Origin: Amphiscolops sp. MND2022
Taxonomy: Eukaryota
Reading direction: 5' to 3'
Length of the DNA stretch: 64,000 nt
NCBI GenBank assembly: GCA_964187785.1
Contig: OZ076413.1
Location: 44,890,001 to 44,954,000 of the forward strand
Position numbers and translations under genes: made by a program. A model generated the notes under the pieces. It worked only from the letters and a program-made list of their open reading frames with translations, was not told the DNA's origin and did no database searches. Shown here one piece after another: positions 35,323 through 50,000 of the stretch. The stretch's first letter is position 1. Every line of letters begins with the position of its first letter.

Positions 35323-37096
35323 TTATTCCGACGGTGGCGGTAATGCATGTTCCGCTTCAATAAAATCCGCTTCACCGAAATGAGTTTGGCAATTGGGCAA
35401 GATTTCGTTGGCTTTCTCTTGTAATGTTTTCCATTCACTACTGGTGAGGCCGTCGAGTTTATGCAATCGCAAATACTGGAGTTTGTTCAGCCTGGATAAG
35501 GAGAGAATCCCGGAAATAGTGACGTCAGGGCATCTCTCGATTTCCAGATGCGACAGAGAGTGTGAAATGAAATTGAGCGAGTGAAGACAATTGTCGTTTA
35601 TCATTTCGGAGTTTATGAGAAACATTTTCTGAACTGCTTCTAGATCTGTAAAACATAAACAATTGAGAACCACTGTGATCTCCTTATGGAATGAAATCGT
35701 TCATTATAGATGTTATGTATAGAGAAAATGTTATCTATTCCACTGTTTTCTCTTCAACGTCTCTTACCAAGGCCAATGATCGAGATTACTTCTGGGAAAT
35801 CAAAGTTCAAAGAAATTGAAAACTGTCAATTGAAGACTTTCAAAAACACTTATTGGAAGGGATGGGACTTTCCTATTAGGGATGGAGACAAATGTTTTAA
35901 GCTTTTGTGTTAAAAAGATTGTTCATATTACAGTACGTATTTATTAGGAATGTACGTTTGAGTGAAATATCATGAAACACGAATCATGAATTTTTAGCAG
36001 AAGTATTAAACAACGTCCGTTTTCACTTGAAAATTCACTTAACAAACGGAAAAGTAAACATAGAAAACAAAACATTTTTAGTCGGCGCTTTTCTAGAGAA
36101 AAGAGTCACTATGGTCATGGCTTGTCAAATTGAACCATTTGGTATAAGGAACTGAAATATAGAAGTTGTTCCTTTTTTTTTTCAGCGCAACATACAATAT
36201 CGGGCGAGACTAAAGGGTCCCCTTTCAGTTTTTTCGAAATTGTCACTTTTTGGAAATTTTTTTCTCCTAAGAATTTCCCCCTTCATTTTTTTTGATGTTT
36301 TGCGACAATGGATGTTGAAAAATCCTAACGGGAAAATCTCCCTGTTAGCGCGCCAATTCGGTCGAACTTTTGGACTTTTCGGGTGCGGTAGAAGAGAATA
36401 CTTTGACACTTTGAAGTCCTTTGCTATTTTTGAGCCTTAGATATGGTGCCGACTTGGGTCGGTCCCGGCTTGTTATAACTCAAACTTAATACAGTTCATA
36501 GATAACAACTTTTTTGAATTCGAGGCCCAATTAATTATTTTGTCCCTTTTGATTAAGCTTCATCACACATAGTCAATGCAACTGAAGTAACCCCTATAAA
36601 GACTATCAGAATTACAATGATGCTAGTGTTTATGTATCAAGTTCAACATAGTTCAATGTAACAACTTATAGACGAATTAACCAATATCACAAAACCTTTG
36701 ACGTTTGTGTATTGCATTTGATTGACTTGATTTGACCATAAATATTACCAAGTGAAATTGGAAACTTCAAGACCAGATTTTACATCAGAGAAATACTGAA
36801 TGATACTTGAACCAACTCTTCAGGTAAGGAAATCCGTCGACGGTGATTCCACAGTTAACTGCATGTATTTCGGATATTCTGAATTTTCTGCCGGTAGGAA
36901 TAGCGTAATAGCCAGTGACTAATTTGGGTCTGCCTTGGAACCTAACATATGCACTATTCCTTAGAAGCCACTCTGCACATGCAATGTCCGGGCCCACTTC
37001 TTGGATGCGTTTCTTATCCACTCGATTCCAGATCCAGTAGACATATGAGAAAGATATGTGGCGTTTGAATATTGAGCGGGTTGTCAAAAAATACAT
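35323..37096 (-). CDS. DMAC2L: mitochondrial ATP synthase factor B / distal membrane-arm assembly component 2-like (~200 aa)
   Basis: Exons 37096-36817 and 35645-35323 (phase-1 GT-AG intron, 603 nt). WNRVDKKRIQEVGPDIACAEWLLR matches ATP5S FNKVDYDRIRDVGPDRAASEWLLR; C-terminal LRR-like LEIERCPDVT..LSRLNKLQYLRL. An upstream exon is possible (acceptor at ~37104). Confidence 0.85.
36075..36474 (+). mobile_element. HINE-like element, family A (in DMAC2L intron)
   Basis: tttttagtcggcgc..; ggtgccgacttgggtcggtcccggcttgtt. Confidence 0.7.
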
Positions 37097-37895
37097 TCAT
37101 CAACTGGAAGAGAGTCAAGTGACAGGCAGTACATAAATTACCATTATTTTAAGCGCAAATTTCGATAGAGGAGTCACGTTTTTCACTAAAATTTGCCATG
37201 TTCCAATTTTATACCCGAACTATAGAGGTTATTACACAGAATTCAACGGTCAACAAACTAGTATAGTGGGATAAGTATTTGTTGAGATATTTGAACTTTC
37301 TTGGAAAAAGTGCTTCGAAATAACACCTAATGACAAAACTTCCAAAATTACGTATTGTCGACACTTTTCATGCAATTCGACCATGAACTGTTTCGAGCAA
37401 TCCCTGTTCCATTTTTCAATGTTTCTGTAGAAATAAACATCTACAGAGTTCATAAACTTCCGTAGAAAACCTTTTATGAAGAAATACGAAATTGATATAA
37501 AAAAGACCGAAAAAAGCGAATAATTCTTTCAACTCAAGCAAATTTATGCAATTTTTGACCATTTCCTGAACGTTCTGGTGCCCAGTGGGTATTGCTATAC
37601 ATCAAGTTCAAATACAAAAAATAGTTAGAACACTGTCGATGAGAGAAATGCCAAAAAAAACGCAAGAAATGTGGACCGTTTTACGCTATTTTTGTATATA
37701 ACTTGTATTCTGTTGTGAGCATGATAATCCCGAGTTCAACAATAGCAGTTTCGGCCCAAGGGCATACTTTTTTTGCAGAAACACTGTGCTTTTTTTGAAC
37801 CAAGTAGCTGGGCGAAACGGACAGAATAGCTTCAAAATTTTCTCTTCACTGTCCTATGAATTTTTGCTTAAATTTTGGATGTCTTTGAGGATATA

Positions 37896-38953
37896 AACAA
37901 GATAGGACCGGCCCAAGTCGGCGCCATATCTAAGACTCGAAAATAGCAAAGGGATTTCAAAGTGTCAAAGTATTCTCTTCCACAGTACCTGAAAAACCCA
38001 AAAAGTTGGACCAATTTTTTAACATCCATTGTTGCAAAACATCAAAAAAATGAAGGAAGGACCCCATGGGGAAATTTTTCTCGAAAAAAAGTCTCACAAT
38101 GTCGAAAAACACTGAAAGGGGGACCCTTTAGTCTCTCCCGGTAATGTATGTTACGCGGAAAAAGAGGAAAACCTTTTTGTTTCAGTTCGCTAGACCAAAT
38201 GATTCAATTTGGGACCATAAAAATTCGTAGTCGGCGCCTCGCTCAAGGTTCAAAAAAGTATGTTAAATATGCAAAAGGACACTTTTGTTAAAAATTCATC
38301 AACTTTACCGGAGATGAAGGTCTCCGGTAAGTCGCATAGTGCCGAAAAGCATAAGGAGTCCTGTATGCTCGCAAAACGTTTCGTTTATAGTAAAAATGGC
38401 AAGGCTTTGATAAAAGCAAATTAGAAAAGTCACATTAAAAACATTAAACAAGCCGGGAACGGCCCAAGTCGGCGCCATATCTAAGGCTCAAAAATAGCAA
38501 AAGGACTTCAAAGCGTCAAGTATTCTCTTCTACAGTACCTGCATGAGGAAAAAAATGAAAATCCGACTTTTCAAATTTTTTTCGAAATTTTTTTGGTCTC
38601 CGGTAATTCGTATAGTGCCGAAAAATGTAAAAGGGAGGCCTTTGGGAGTTTTTGAACATCCATCCTTTTGCAAAAAAATTGAAGGGGGCCCTTCGAAGAC
38701 ATTTAAAAAATTTGCCAAAAAAAGTCTCACAAAGCCGAAATAACCTGCACAAAAAAATCTTGGTCAAGGGCGGGACTCGAACCCACGTCCTTCTGCTTGG
38801 AAAACCTCAAAAAATCAGAAGCAGAAGATACATTAGTGTGGCAGTTAGTGGAAGCCAGCTTATAAAGCTTATAAAATCTGTCACTTCGTTGGTCTTAGGA
38901 AAAGCGCCGACTAAAAAGTCACTACTATAGTCTACGAAAGCGCCCACTAAAAA
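37896..38953 (-). mobile_element. cluster of HINE family A copies, one with a tRNA-like module
   Basis: 3' ends at ~37896, ~38229 and ~38447; 5' ends at ~38917/38953; tRNA-like B box segment at ~38760-38810. Confidence 0.65.
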
Positions 38954-41055
38954 TGCGTGATTGAACCAAACAAAAGAGCACCAAAGAGCAATTAGATTTT
39001 TGTGACCTTGATTAAGTCATTTCGCGATCACAACTTCAAGCCGACAATCTTTTACCGTTTGGTTGTAAATATGTAAATATTTTGGCAGCGATTTCAAAAG
39101 AAAAATAACTGCTTACTCTGCTACATCCAGCGGTATAGAGGAATTGTATAGTTTTTGGATGTTTTCGTCGGTAGTTTTCACAGCGTTTATCGATAAAACA
39201 ATCAGCTTTTAAACATACTCTTGTACGGAGATGCTTTTCAAAAAAGGGATAAAAGGGATAAGATGAAAAGAAAAGTGATACATGTTTTGGAACTTTTCTT
39301 CAACAGTTATTAATTTACTGGCTACGCTCGAACCCTAAAAGTATGTAGTTGCTCGAATAATTCGGGCAAAAAAATTTTGCGAGGTCTTGGTTTTACATGC
39401 AGGAATATTTTACAGATCATCGAAAAGTACCCATAAAGTTACTTTTAGTAACGTTTTTTTTTAAACTTCCGCCACGAAAGCATGAAACTAACAAAAAAGA
39501 TGAAATTTACATTTCAACAAAACGAGCCTGTATATCAACCAAGCAACTTCGCTAGCAAGTATTTCCAAAAAGGCACGAAATTTTGTTCACCGTGCACTCT
39601 AATTGATTGAAATTTACAATCGAATTGAATTCATTCAGTTAAAAACGTTGAAAATACTTCAAAAAACCTTTGTTGAAAGCGAAAAATAGAATTTCCGAGA
39701 AAATTAATTTCTAGACTTTCTTGGGAACTGATAACAAAGTGCGATATTAACAGATTGTTAAAACATGGAAAAGCTACTTTCTCGAAGCTTCCATGTTCAC
39801 TACTTTTTGCAATTTGGCTTGGCAGTCAGTCATGACCAAAAATTTTGCCTCTTTCTGAGTATGGAGTGGCATACAAAGAAGCATATTTTTGCTAAATAAG
39901 ATTACTCTGACATCAAGCTCCAACAAAAGACGGACGGAAAAGTTTTCCAGGAAATTTCGAGCATCCTAAATGGGAAACGCTTATTTTGATTGTTTGAAGA
40001 TGAATACAAGCTACTTTTGATAAGGTACCCATCGCCAATATGTCGAGCCATAAACCACTCTATTCTGGATGCATAGCTCAAGGAGCAATCCATTAACTTC
40101 AACATTCTAAATCACAGCAGTCGATATCGTTTTTTAAATACATATTTTCCGCTGAAGCGTAAATGGAACAGTATAGGTTGTCCGCGGAAAAATATACTGA
40201 CAATATAACCTCGTTATATTTTGGAACGTACAGCGGCAGGCTTCTCTCAAACATGCAGTTGACATAATGCTTCATACGTTTTACGACAGTTATTAATAGT
40301 AGGTGCGATGATGCCGAAAACTGTAAAATGAAACAGTCGGCGTCTTACCATTCGGCACATAGATAGAACCAATTACGCTTTTAGCTTCACCTGAACAAAC
40401 ACGTACTGTAGAAAAGAACGAAAAATGGTGAAACAACGAGAAAAACATGCATAACAAACTGCAACTGGAGAAAGTGCACCAACGCTAAAAGTACATTAAA
40501 TGCGACGTGAAGTACACACAATGTAGAACAGAACGTCACATACAGCATATGATATGACTGCATAGTCTTCGCCAAATGAACTCGTCGCAATTTCACGGTG
40601 ACGAAATCATCAGAATTATACCTAAAATGCGCTAAATCACCGCTTTTTACTGTCTGCAACACTTCAACAAATCTTACACATCAGTCACCGGAGCCTTAGT
40701 TATCTCATGAAAAAGGTCTTTGGTTAAAGTGACGTCATTCGTTCGCCTTGAATCCCAGAATATTATCAGTGTTTTCTCAAAAAAAACTTAACCTTTTCAT
40801 TAGAAGCTTCGGAAACTATTAACTATCAGTAAACAAAATTTGGTTCGAATTGAAAATTACTACCAATCGACATTATCATCAACCAATCAACAAGAAAGCA
40901 AAGTTCGAACTATATCATATCTTGTTTTACGTGCAAACTTAACCCAACGGAGTGACTAAGAATTACAAGAATATATTTTACAACTTACAAGAACATGGGG
41001 TTATAAGTTAAAACTAATGATAGTTTATATACTTGCAGTTGGATAGAAGTAAACC

Positions 41056-44000
41056 ATGTACGAAAGCATCCCCTTGAGTAACATGCGTGTCTATCCGGAC
41101 CACCCACCCCCTTACGAAGATCACGTGAATGGACTCAGAGCAGGGGGATCTCAAGTGATGACGTCATCGTTGAATGGGGAAGAGAGTATAGAGACCATTA
41201 TAGCCAACACGGAATCAGCATTGAGGCAATCACGCATGGTTTTTGGTGCTGAGAGCCACCCTGGGTATCATCAGTTACAGGAATTGCTACGTCTTTTACG
41301 AGACCCCGTGTTCACTGAGATTTACAGATTCAATGCACAGAATAAAGACATATTCAGCAACTGCACAGATACGTCTCCTTTGCCCGAACACTTCTACAGG
41401 TAAAATCGAACACGAAATTTTTCACAATGACTAATTAACCATATATGGGAAAACTGTGCCAGTAACTATGTTCAAGTATGCACAAGTGACTGTTAAAACA
41501 AAGACTGGAACGTCTCAAGTCGGCGCCCCGCTCAAGGCTTAAAAAGCGCAAAGGTTTTAAAATATGCTCAGGGGTTTTCCAAGGAAAATCTCACAATTAT
41601 GAGGTACAATTAAAAAATACCTAAAGGGAGTCTTTCATGCTCGGAGAACGCTTTACTGAAAACATTTTAAAAAATTAGGGGTACATTTTTTTCGAAAAAA
41701 GTCGCAGTGCGGGAAAGAAACTCTCTGGTCCCATTTAATTTCGAGGATACGGTAATGATGTTGACATTGTTTTCATCAAAAGTGAAAAATGGAAGAATTT
41801 CAAGACGTTCAAGCTCAATAACAAAATCTACCGATACATGATTCAACAAAAATTCCCTGTATGCAGTAGCGCAAATGAAAGTAGCATTTAACTACGTGAA
41901 CCAATTCGTTTCAGAGTCACGTTCCCTGCCAGACCAGGACGCTCATGGGGATTCAGCATCGCGGTCACAGAGATGAACGGAGATCCAAGTGAAGTCTCGC
42001 TGCCGGAGCACGAGAAGCTTCAGAAACTGGTGGTGAGGGGAGTGGAGCCACAGGAGAATGACCCCCAAGAAGCACACCTGAGGGACATGATCAACCCAGG
42101 CGACGAGCTCATCCAAATCAATGGAAACGTTATCGCCGACTCCAAAGAATTCAAGGTTACATGCTAATTTACTCGCCATGCAAAAAAAGCCATCTAAAAT
42201 GTAACATTTGAAACTATTGAATTTTCAAATATTATTGTTACTGCAGACAGAATAATAAGAATTTGCTATTTTCAATGATTTCTTTGTAAAGTAAATGGAT
42301 AGAGGAAATATTTTCAGAAAAACACGATCATACAGTCTGTAGACGACGAGAAGACCTCATAAGGGTATGACGTCATATTATCAAATGTTTCAGGCTGAAA
42401 GGGATCGTTTGTCTGATCGTCATCAACCTACAACCTTCACATTCTTGCAAATAAAACCAAACGAGATGAACAACATTTCAATGTTGAGATTCCAGGAACA
42501 ACGGCTGGTGATCCAGTTACAAGCTAAAGACAACAGCTTCGGGTTTGCCATTGTCACAAATCAAAACCACAGAATGACCACTATACAAAAAATTGTAGAG
42601 GCAAGTGATAGCTGCTTATCACAAACAGTGATGATTTCCACATTTTTAGGAATGTTGCAACTTTTCATTTTTTGGTTTTTAGGAAGGGGCCGCTCATTTA
42701 GACGGCAGACTGCGCAAGGGAGATATACTGGAGTACATTAACAATACTTCAACAGCCGGTCTCAACGCCCAAGATGTAGTGACATTACTCAGGGCATCAG
42801 TGGCTCGAGTATCATTGACAGTGCTGAGATATGAGAAACTGGATTACCCAATCAAATTTGAGAAACATCTCTTCCAGTTTTACAATGTCAGCTTGTTAAA
42901 ACAAGAAGGATCTTTAGGTTGGTAATTCTCGCAGCAATCTTGTTTCACATTCTAATTACTCTGATGCAGGGTTACAGAAAACATGCTGTGTTAAAAAACG
43001 CGTTTAAAACAAAAACAACGAAAATTGTATTCCACCAATTATCGATGAAGATTTGTTTAATGGAAGTAAGTGTCAAGTTTTTTGATGCCCAATCGGTTTC
43101 TCAGATTGCTTTGAATAAGACCCATTGTGCTGAACATTCGTTCCAGTGCAGCCGATGAAGGAGAAAGACTGCCAACTCACCCAACTTCGGTGACAAGTTG
43201 ACCATAGTAATCTGATACTTCTGAAAATTTAACTTTAAAAACAAGACATTCGATAATTCTAAGAAGCCCGCCAGTTGTTTTAAACAGTAATTTTCCGCGT
43301 GTTCAAAACAATCAATGTTTTAACTATCGCAACCCTGCTCTGATGTCCCTAAGTGTGGGTGAACTGCTTGCAGATGAGGTTGATTGAATTAATTGAGACA
43401 ATAGGCGGGGTCTCTCTAGATCTACGATTATACATGGTTGCATGTATTATTACTTGGGGAGCCGTAAAGCGACAATTCGTCCCAAGCGACAATTCGTCCC
43501 AAGCGACAATTCGTCCCAAGCGACAATTCGTCCCAATTATTAAAAGCTGCAATTTGTCCCCAATTTAATTGCCATTTAAGGCCTTTGTAATAATGAATCC
43601 GGAAAGATTACAAATAGAGGCAGGTACCAACAATTAATTTTAACATTCTACGACTAGTAACGTTAAAATGATTACAGGACACTTGCTACTACGCAATTTG
43701 CTACTAGGCTAATTGCTACTACAGCTCAATTGCTACTAGGGGACATTTGCTGCTACTACGCAATTTGACTAAGTGTGGTCTCTACAAAACATATTTGTTG
43801 TATGGCTCGGTCGCTTCGCACCCTTCGCCAAGTAGCAAAATTGAGGCATGGCCATATGGCACGTCGGTCCGCTTCGCTCCTGCATTCAGGGCACTAGGGG
43901 TATGCCGTTAAAAATGCAACATTTTCTAATTATTATCACGTGGTTGAATGAATTCATTTGTAGTTGGTTTGATTATTTCTTTCATTTCAACCTTCAAAAG

Positions 44001-47000
44001 GTTGGTAATTAGCTGATCAATTAAACAATTTGGGACGAATTATCGCTTTTTATAAATGAGACGAATTGTCGCCTTTTCAAAATGGGACGAATTGAAGCTC
44101 AAAAAGCTGTCTGAAAATGCTCCGGGTGGCTTTTGGGCAAATTTTCACAATTTTCAGTGGCAAAATTATCCGAAGGGGCGACCTGTGGCCTCAAAAATTG
44201 CCTTTCTTTTAATGGAAACAACAAAAAATTGCCAAATTTATGAAAAATTTTTTGGAAGTCATACAGTGCTGAAAAACACAAAGGTCACACGCTCAGGGTT
44301 TGCAAACAAAGTTATTTAATCCTGGGCAGACATCGAACCGACTGCCGTCTGCTTGGGAAGCACGCATGACTACTAGGATTCAATCTCTGCTGGTGTTTTA
44401 AAAACTCTGCTGAAAAGTGGACCATTCGAATACATTCCATGGCCTTACGAAAAAAAACTAGCCACTGTAGTAGTCGGGACCATTTTCTTATAAAATTCGC
44501 CGACTAAAAACATGAAATAACTATACACTCCTCTTAATTCATTATATAGCGCACAATTAATCACTGTACCAGTTTACAACGCGTTTCATTCTTCTCGGAA
44601 TAAAGAAAATACAACTACTATTACGCATAAAATGTTAATGACTTGAGAACAAAAAAATTTGTCACGATCATCTCGCAGAAAGTTTGTCTTTAAACGTGAT
44701 TGTTTCAGTTTTGAAAAACTTTGTTTCCCAGGGTATGAAGTTGCAGAACAATTTGCCTTCTGCAAAAGTCGATTGTTTTAATGCGGAAGGGTCTTGAAAT
44801 TAACTAATGACTTTTCGTCAAACTTTCAATCTTATTTTGACTACATTGACATTGTCCCTCAAATTATGAGAGTTGAAATCTTTCGTGAGCATGCATTTAA
44901 AACTGACAATGAAAGCAGGAGGCCTCAAAGCTATGCAAGTAAAATCGCGTTGATAATTTAGTATCGCAAAAGCAACTAATTTACACATCCTTCAAACAAA
45001 GCTAGCCTTTATATCGGAAACTTCTATGATGTAATGCCAGCAAGAGAGATAAGACCTGCTCGGCCCCACGCGTCATCAATTTTGCTGGCACAGAATAATT
45101 TTTTGGATTGATCAAACACGTTAATCAAAACCGTTTACCAATATGTCACGAATCAATGGAAACGAAGATTAGACCTTTGGAATTGAATGGACGTCAAATT
45201 TGAACATCTGCCAACTTTTTCAACTCAGAACTTACGTTCTTCGATGACATCATTCGCGTTAAGCACTAATCTTTTTATTCATAGGTATCAACATCCGCTC
45301 TCTGCCCTCAAGCTCGGATATGAGCGATCAGAGATTGTTCATCAAAGACTTAGTGCCTGGATCTGTGGCCGACGCCTGTGGTCTCATTCAGCCCATGGAT
45401 CAGATCATTGCTGTCAACGGCCGATGTATCTCCCACTTACAGGCTTGTCCTACTTTACAAATTACAATTTTTACGATCATGCATGCATTTGAAATAGGTT
45501 GATCTTGTGATGTGATAGAAAACATAGAAGCATTCTGGCCGACACTACAACAACACCATGCACAAAAGGCCAATAGTTGCAAGAAATGTACTAAGTATAT
45601 CATCGACTCATCAGAAACTGTTTTTCAAAAAGTTCTAATCCTATACTGGTTTTTGGGACAAACCAATTGTCCGGGATACTGGTTTATTATAAGGCCTATC
45701 ATTTGGAAGTAAACCCAGCCTGAGTCAACTAAGCGGTTAATAAATTGCCAACCACTAAAAAAATTTTGATTGAGAAAAAACAAACCCACAGACTGTAGTG
45801 GATATTACACATCGGTAAAAATTTAATAAATTGACCACGGTTCTATACAGAAATTACGGGTACGTTTCATCAGGGGTTTTCAGCAGCTATGGTCGTGAGT
45901 TAAAACAACTTAAAAACAATAGAATCTATTTGGGTTCGGAAATTCGCCCTAATTGTAAATATTCAACTGGTCGCAGCTTAACATGGTTTAAAATCTTCCT
46001 TCTTACAGGAAGATCGATACATCTTATCGGTTAAACAGTTGTTACTTTTAAGGATCATTCGGTCGGGCGAAATTGTCCATGCTCAATTTGAAGTCTTATA
46101 AAATATCAACATCGTTATCAATTTTGAAAACTGTTAAAAACGGATGCTGAAAACCTGTTAACACTTTGAACTTTCAGAAAGACGAGTCACTGAAAATGCT
46201 CAAACAGGAGGACCAAGTGCACGTGACCTTTTTGCGGGAAATTGAGCCTCTGCCTTTCAGTGTGAATCACACAAAACTGGAGAGTTCCATGACTCAACCC
46301 TCAAGGGAAGAACGGGTTCTGTTCTACAGACAAAGAATGCCAGACAAATTTGCCATTTATGATGGCCACATTCTGCTGCATGATTTGAGAACTCAGATGA
46401 AACAGTTTCGAGCCAAAGACGGGTCAATAAGCTACATGTGCGTTAAAACAGCTAGTTTGATCTCTATGTCTCCGGTGTATTTATTACGTGCAACTTTGAA
46501 TTATACATGTAAGAACACTTATAGGAGCGAGCCCCTTTTGTAACAAATTAGGGCAATAATGCTAATCCAGTTTTGTCCGGAAGTAATTCTATTCGGTAGT
46601 AAGTCAGCAAAAATGTTTTACCTCATTAGCGATTGCGAAATTAGCGATGTCAGAATTCTAGGACTAAAGTGGACACTGTCTTCGGCTCTGCAATGCTTTT
46701 GCAACTGAACTACAAAATCTTTTAGTGAATCATTCATTTCCGGGCAAAGTTTTTGGGCTAATCTTTACTTTTCATTTTCACTGCAAACTCAGATAACTAA
46801 AATTGCAGCATCAATTTCTCAAACAATGAACTTTTTCAGTCTATTAAAGAGAAATATGTGAAAATGACCTTGTAATATCATTTCTTTTAACATAAGAAAG
46901 CAATTTTAGGCGAACTGTTAACCAGTCAACAGTCAATAATCGCGTTATGACAATGATATCTATCTGAATGAAGTAATAATTGAAAATTTTGAAAAGTGAA

Positions 47001-50000
47001 AAACGATACCTTGAACGGAACGGATCCAACTCCAATCTCGTCGAAGTAAAGCCAGAACTTTTCCCCAACACGCGTAAAATTATGTGACAATATTTTATGT
47101 AAATTTGTCAAATTGGTAGCTTTTAGTACGAATTTGAATCATAAAGATAGTGTGAATCAGTACTGTCGGAATTATTTGATGTAATTCATTGATGAAAAAA
47201 AGTTTTTATAATGTGCGTGGAGGTTATAAAGAAAAGGTCGCAAACTTTGACCTTTGATAACTATTCATGTTTGGACATGAACGATTTCATTCCAGCATTG
47301 AGAACGGGACACCAGCCCGCAACTTATCCACCTTCAGTAAGAGTGTATCAACATGCGCTTTGGAGCCAGGAGATGAAATTCTGGAAGTAGATGGGATTGC
47401 AGCCAGAGATAACCCTGGATTTAGTCTGGAGGCGATCCAGGGCAACCAGTCTCGCGGCTATAGTTACAGCAACGACACTAAGTTCCACATCATTTTTGCT
47501 AGACCAAAACGATACTCGCATCAGCATACAACCTCGAATCCCAACATCATTCATAAGGTAACATTCATGAGCCATTCTCCAGTCGAACCTTCCAAAAAAG
47601 CTGTAAGCCTCACAAAAAAGCGCAAAATTTTCGATGAAGTCATCTTTCGATATTAAAAGTAATTAAAAGCAAATCAGGTCAGATAATATGGGGAATTCTC
47701 GAATATATAGACCAGGAAAATCAATTGAATTATTTATCAGAGAGAACAGAGCTTCGGAGCGGACGAGATGATTGCACACAGTAACCCACAACTGAGTACA
47801 TTTGCGGCCTCACAACACGTTTACTCTATGCCACAGAAACACGACCGCGTTCTCATGTCACAAGACCCAGCTAGAAATGTGAGTCACTGCTATTTTTCAT
47901 GCCAACAAACGAAAACATTTCAGTCGATAAATCGCTACATTAAACAAAAATCAATTCCCTTCCACAGTTTCCCCTATTTGCCGAACGGTCTTCAAAAACT
48001 TTCAAACCTTGAAATGAAGAGCCCTGCAAATTCAACACAGAGGCGAAGCCGTGCTTCGCAAACACTTGCGAAGAAAGTTGCGAACTTTTGAAGAGAAAGC
48101 CAAATAAGCAATATCATAGGGAGAACCAAGGGAAAAAGGACATTATTGTTAAAATTTCACCAATTTTACAGCGCCAAAAAATACCCGAAAGCATACGATT
48201 AAGACTCGAAAACCATTTTTCCATTAACTAGAAACAGCAACAAGACGGGAACGTCCCAAGTCGGCGCCATATCTTAGGCTTAAAAATATTCAAGGGACAA
48301 CTATTGGAAAAATTTGGAAATTTTTTTTTCAAAAAAAATTTTTTGAAATTTTTTTCGAAAAAAAAGTATTTTTCAAGTCGCACAATGCCGAAAAACTCAA
48401 AAAGAGGCCATTCAGGCTCATTCAACGTTTTCTACAAACCGAAAACTTCAAAAAAATGCAAGGGGGTACCCTTTGATAAATTTCAAAAATTTTCGAAAAA
48501 AGTCGCATAGTGCCGAAAAAAAACCCAAAGGGGGGACCCTTTGGTCTCACCTGTACTTTTGGAAGCATTAAAAAATTTATGGTTTAGTGCGAGAATCGAA
48601 CCCACGCTCTCCGGCTGGGTCGAAGATGGAAGATGAACAAATATGAAAGATGAACAAATTGTAAGAAAAGTGGACCACTCAGAGTGATTGTCAACTGAAA
48701 AAAAAACAAAAAAAAACTACTCACTGTAAGAGTCGGGCTGTTTTCCTTAAGGGAAAAGGCGCCGACTAAAAAACACATCTGTCTCAATAAAAAAAACTTT
48801 CAAAATACGAAAAATTGTATCCGGTAAATCGCATAGTACCGAAAACTCTGAGGAGTCCTTTATGCTCGCAAAATGTTTCGTTTGTAGCAGAAATTGATGG
48901 GGGGCTAAACCAAACGAAAAAAGTCAAAAGGGGGGCGGTAGTCTCATAGTGCCGAAAAAATTGGAAACCTGCTTCGGAATGCTTGTAAAAAAATTAGGGC
49001 ATACGCACCGGTTCGAACACGAAACCTCTGGGTTGAAAAGCAAGCATCTTACCACTAGACCACGAACGCGTGAACTGTGCGACTTGCCGCGTGACATGAG
49101 AGTTGTCGCGCGGAAAAAAAGCACCCGAACTTTCCCATAACACTTGCTTATTGAAAGTGTAATCAGCCCTCGACTGACTAGGCAATAATGTATTTGCATA
49201 GTAAATCCGGGAACCATCCAACACGTACGACTAAAATGGCTTGTTTTAAGGATTCTGATAGAAGCAACGACACCGTAAACTATGATTCTTTCGGAAGACA
49301 CTATCGATCAACAGAACGGCTCATCAAAAACAACAGCAATCCCAATGTTGCTCTCGAACCCAACCGAGGAATGACAGCGTATGACGACCTCTCACCGCCT
49401 TCGCAGGAAGAAGCCAGTAGTCCGGGCCATCGAATGTTCGTAGTGAGCGGATTGGGAGAACATTCTTACCAACGTATCAACGATACTACTTTACCTATGT
49501 CACCGAACAAGTACAAGTCTAGGCCCTCAGGTCCAAAACACAAGGGTGGATCTTCAGTTGACTCTACTCCTAGGAACCCAAAGTCAGCCGGGAATGCTGA
49601 AGCAGAACAATACGATTACCTCCGCAAATCCATGATGTCAGAATACCAAGCACCCATGAGTAGCAGTGATGAAGAGGAGGAACCAGTCAATACTAATGAC
49701 ACTCTGTCGGTGTGTAACGAAACCATGTGGGATTCAAACGTGGTTTATTGCACTCTCAAGAAAGAAGATGGGAAAAGCTTGGGGATAACAATTTGCGAGA
49801 CTACTTTGGACAATTCACAGCCTATTGTCATCATAGACCAAATAGTGCCTGGAGGGGTCGCTGAGAAATCCAAGGTTTTGTCAACACGTGATCGGATCGT
49901 ACAAGTAAGTTAAAGATGAAATAATAGTCAGGCTAAACCAAACTGAACTTGTATGGCAAATAAATTATATGAAATCACACTGTACTTACTAGAAAAGTTT

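Noticed and set aside
42318..42364. Extra PATJ-like mini-exon after ttttcag
   Set aside because: In the required phase 0 it hits TAA. The acceptor at 42393 gives a continuous PDZ.
46009..46100. Candidate exon after the strong acceptor cttccttcttacag
   Set aside because: Stops in phase 0 and phase 1, and no PDZ-like sequence.
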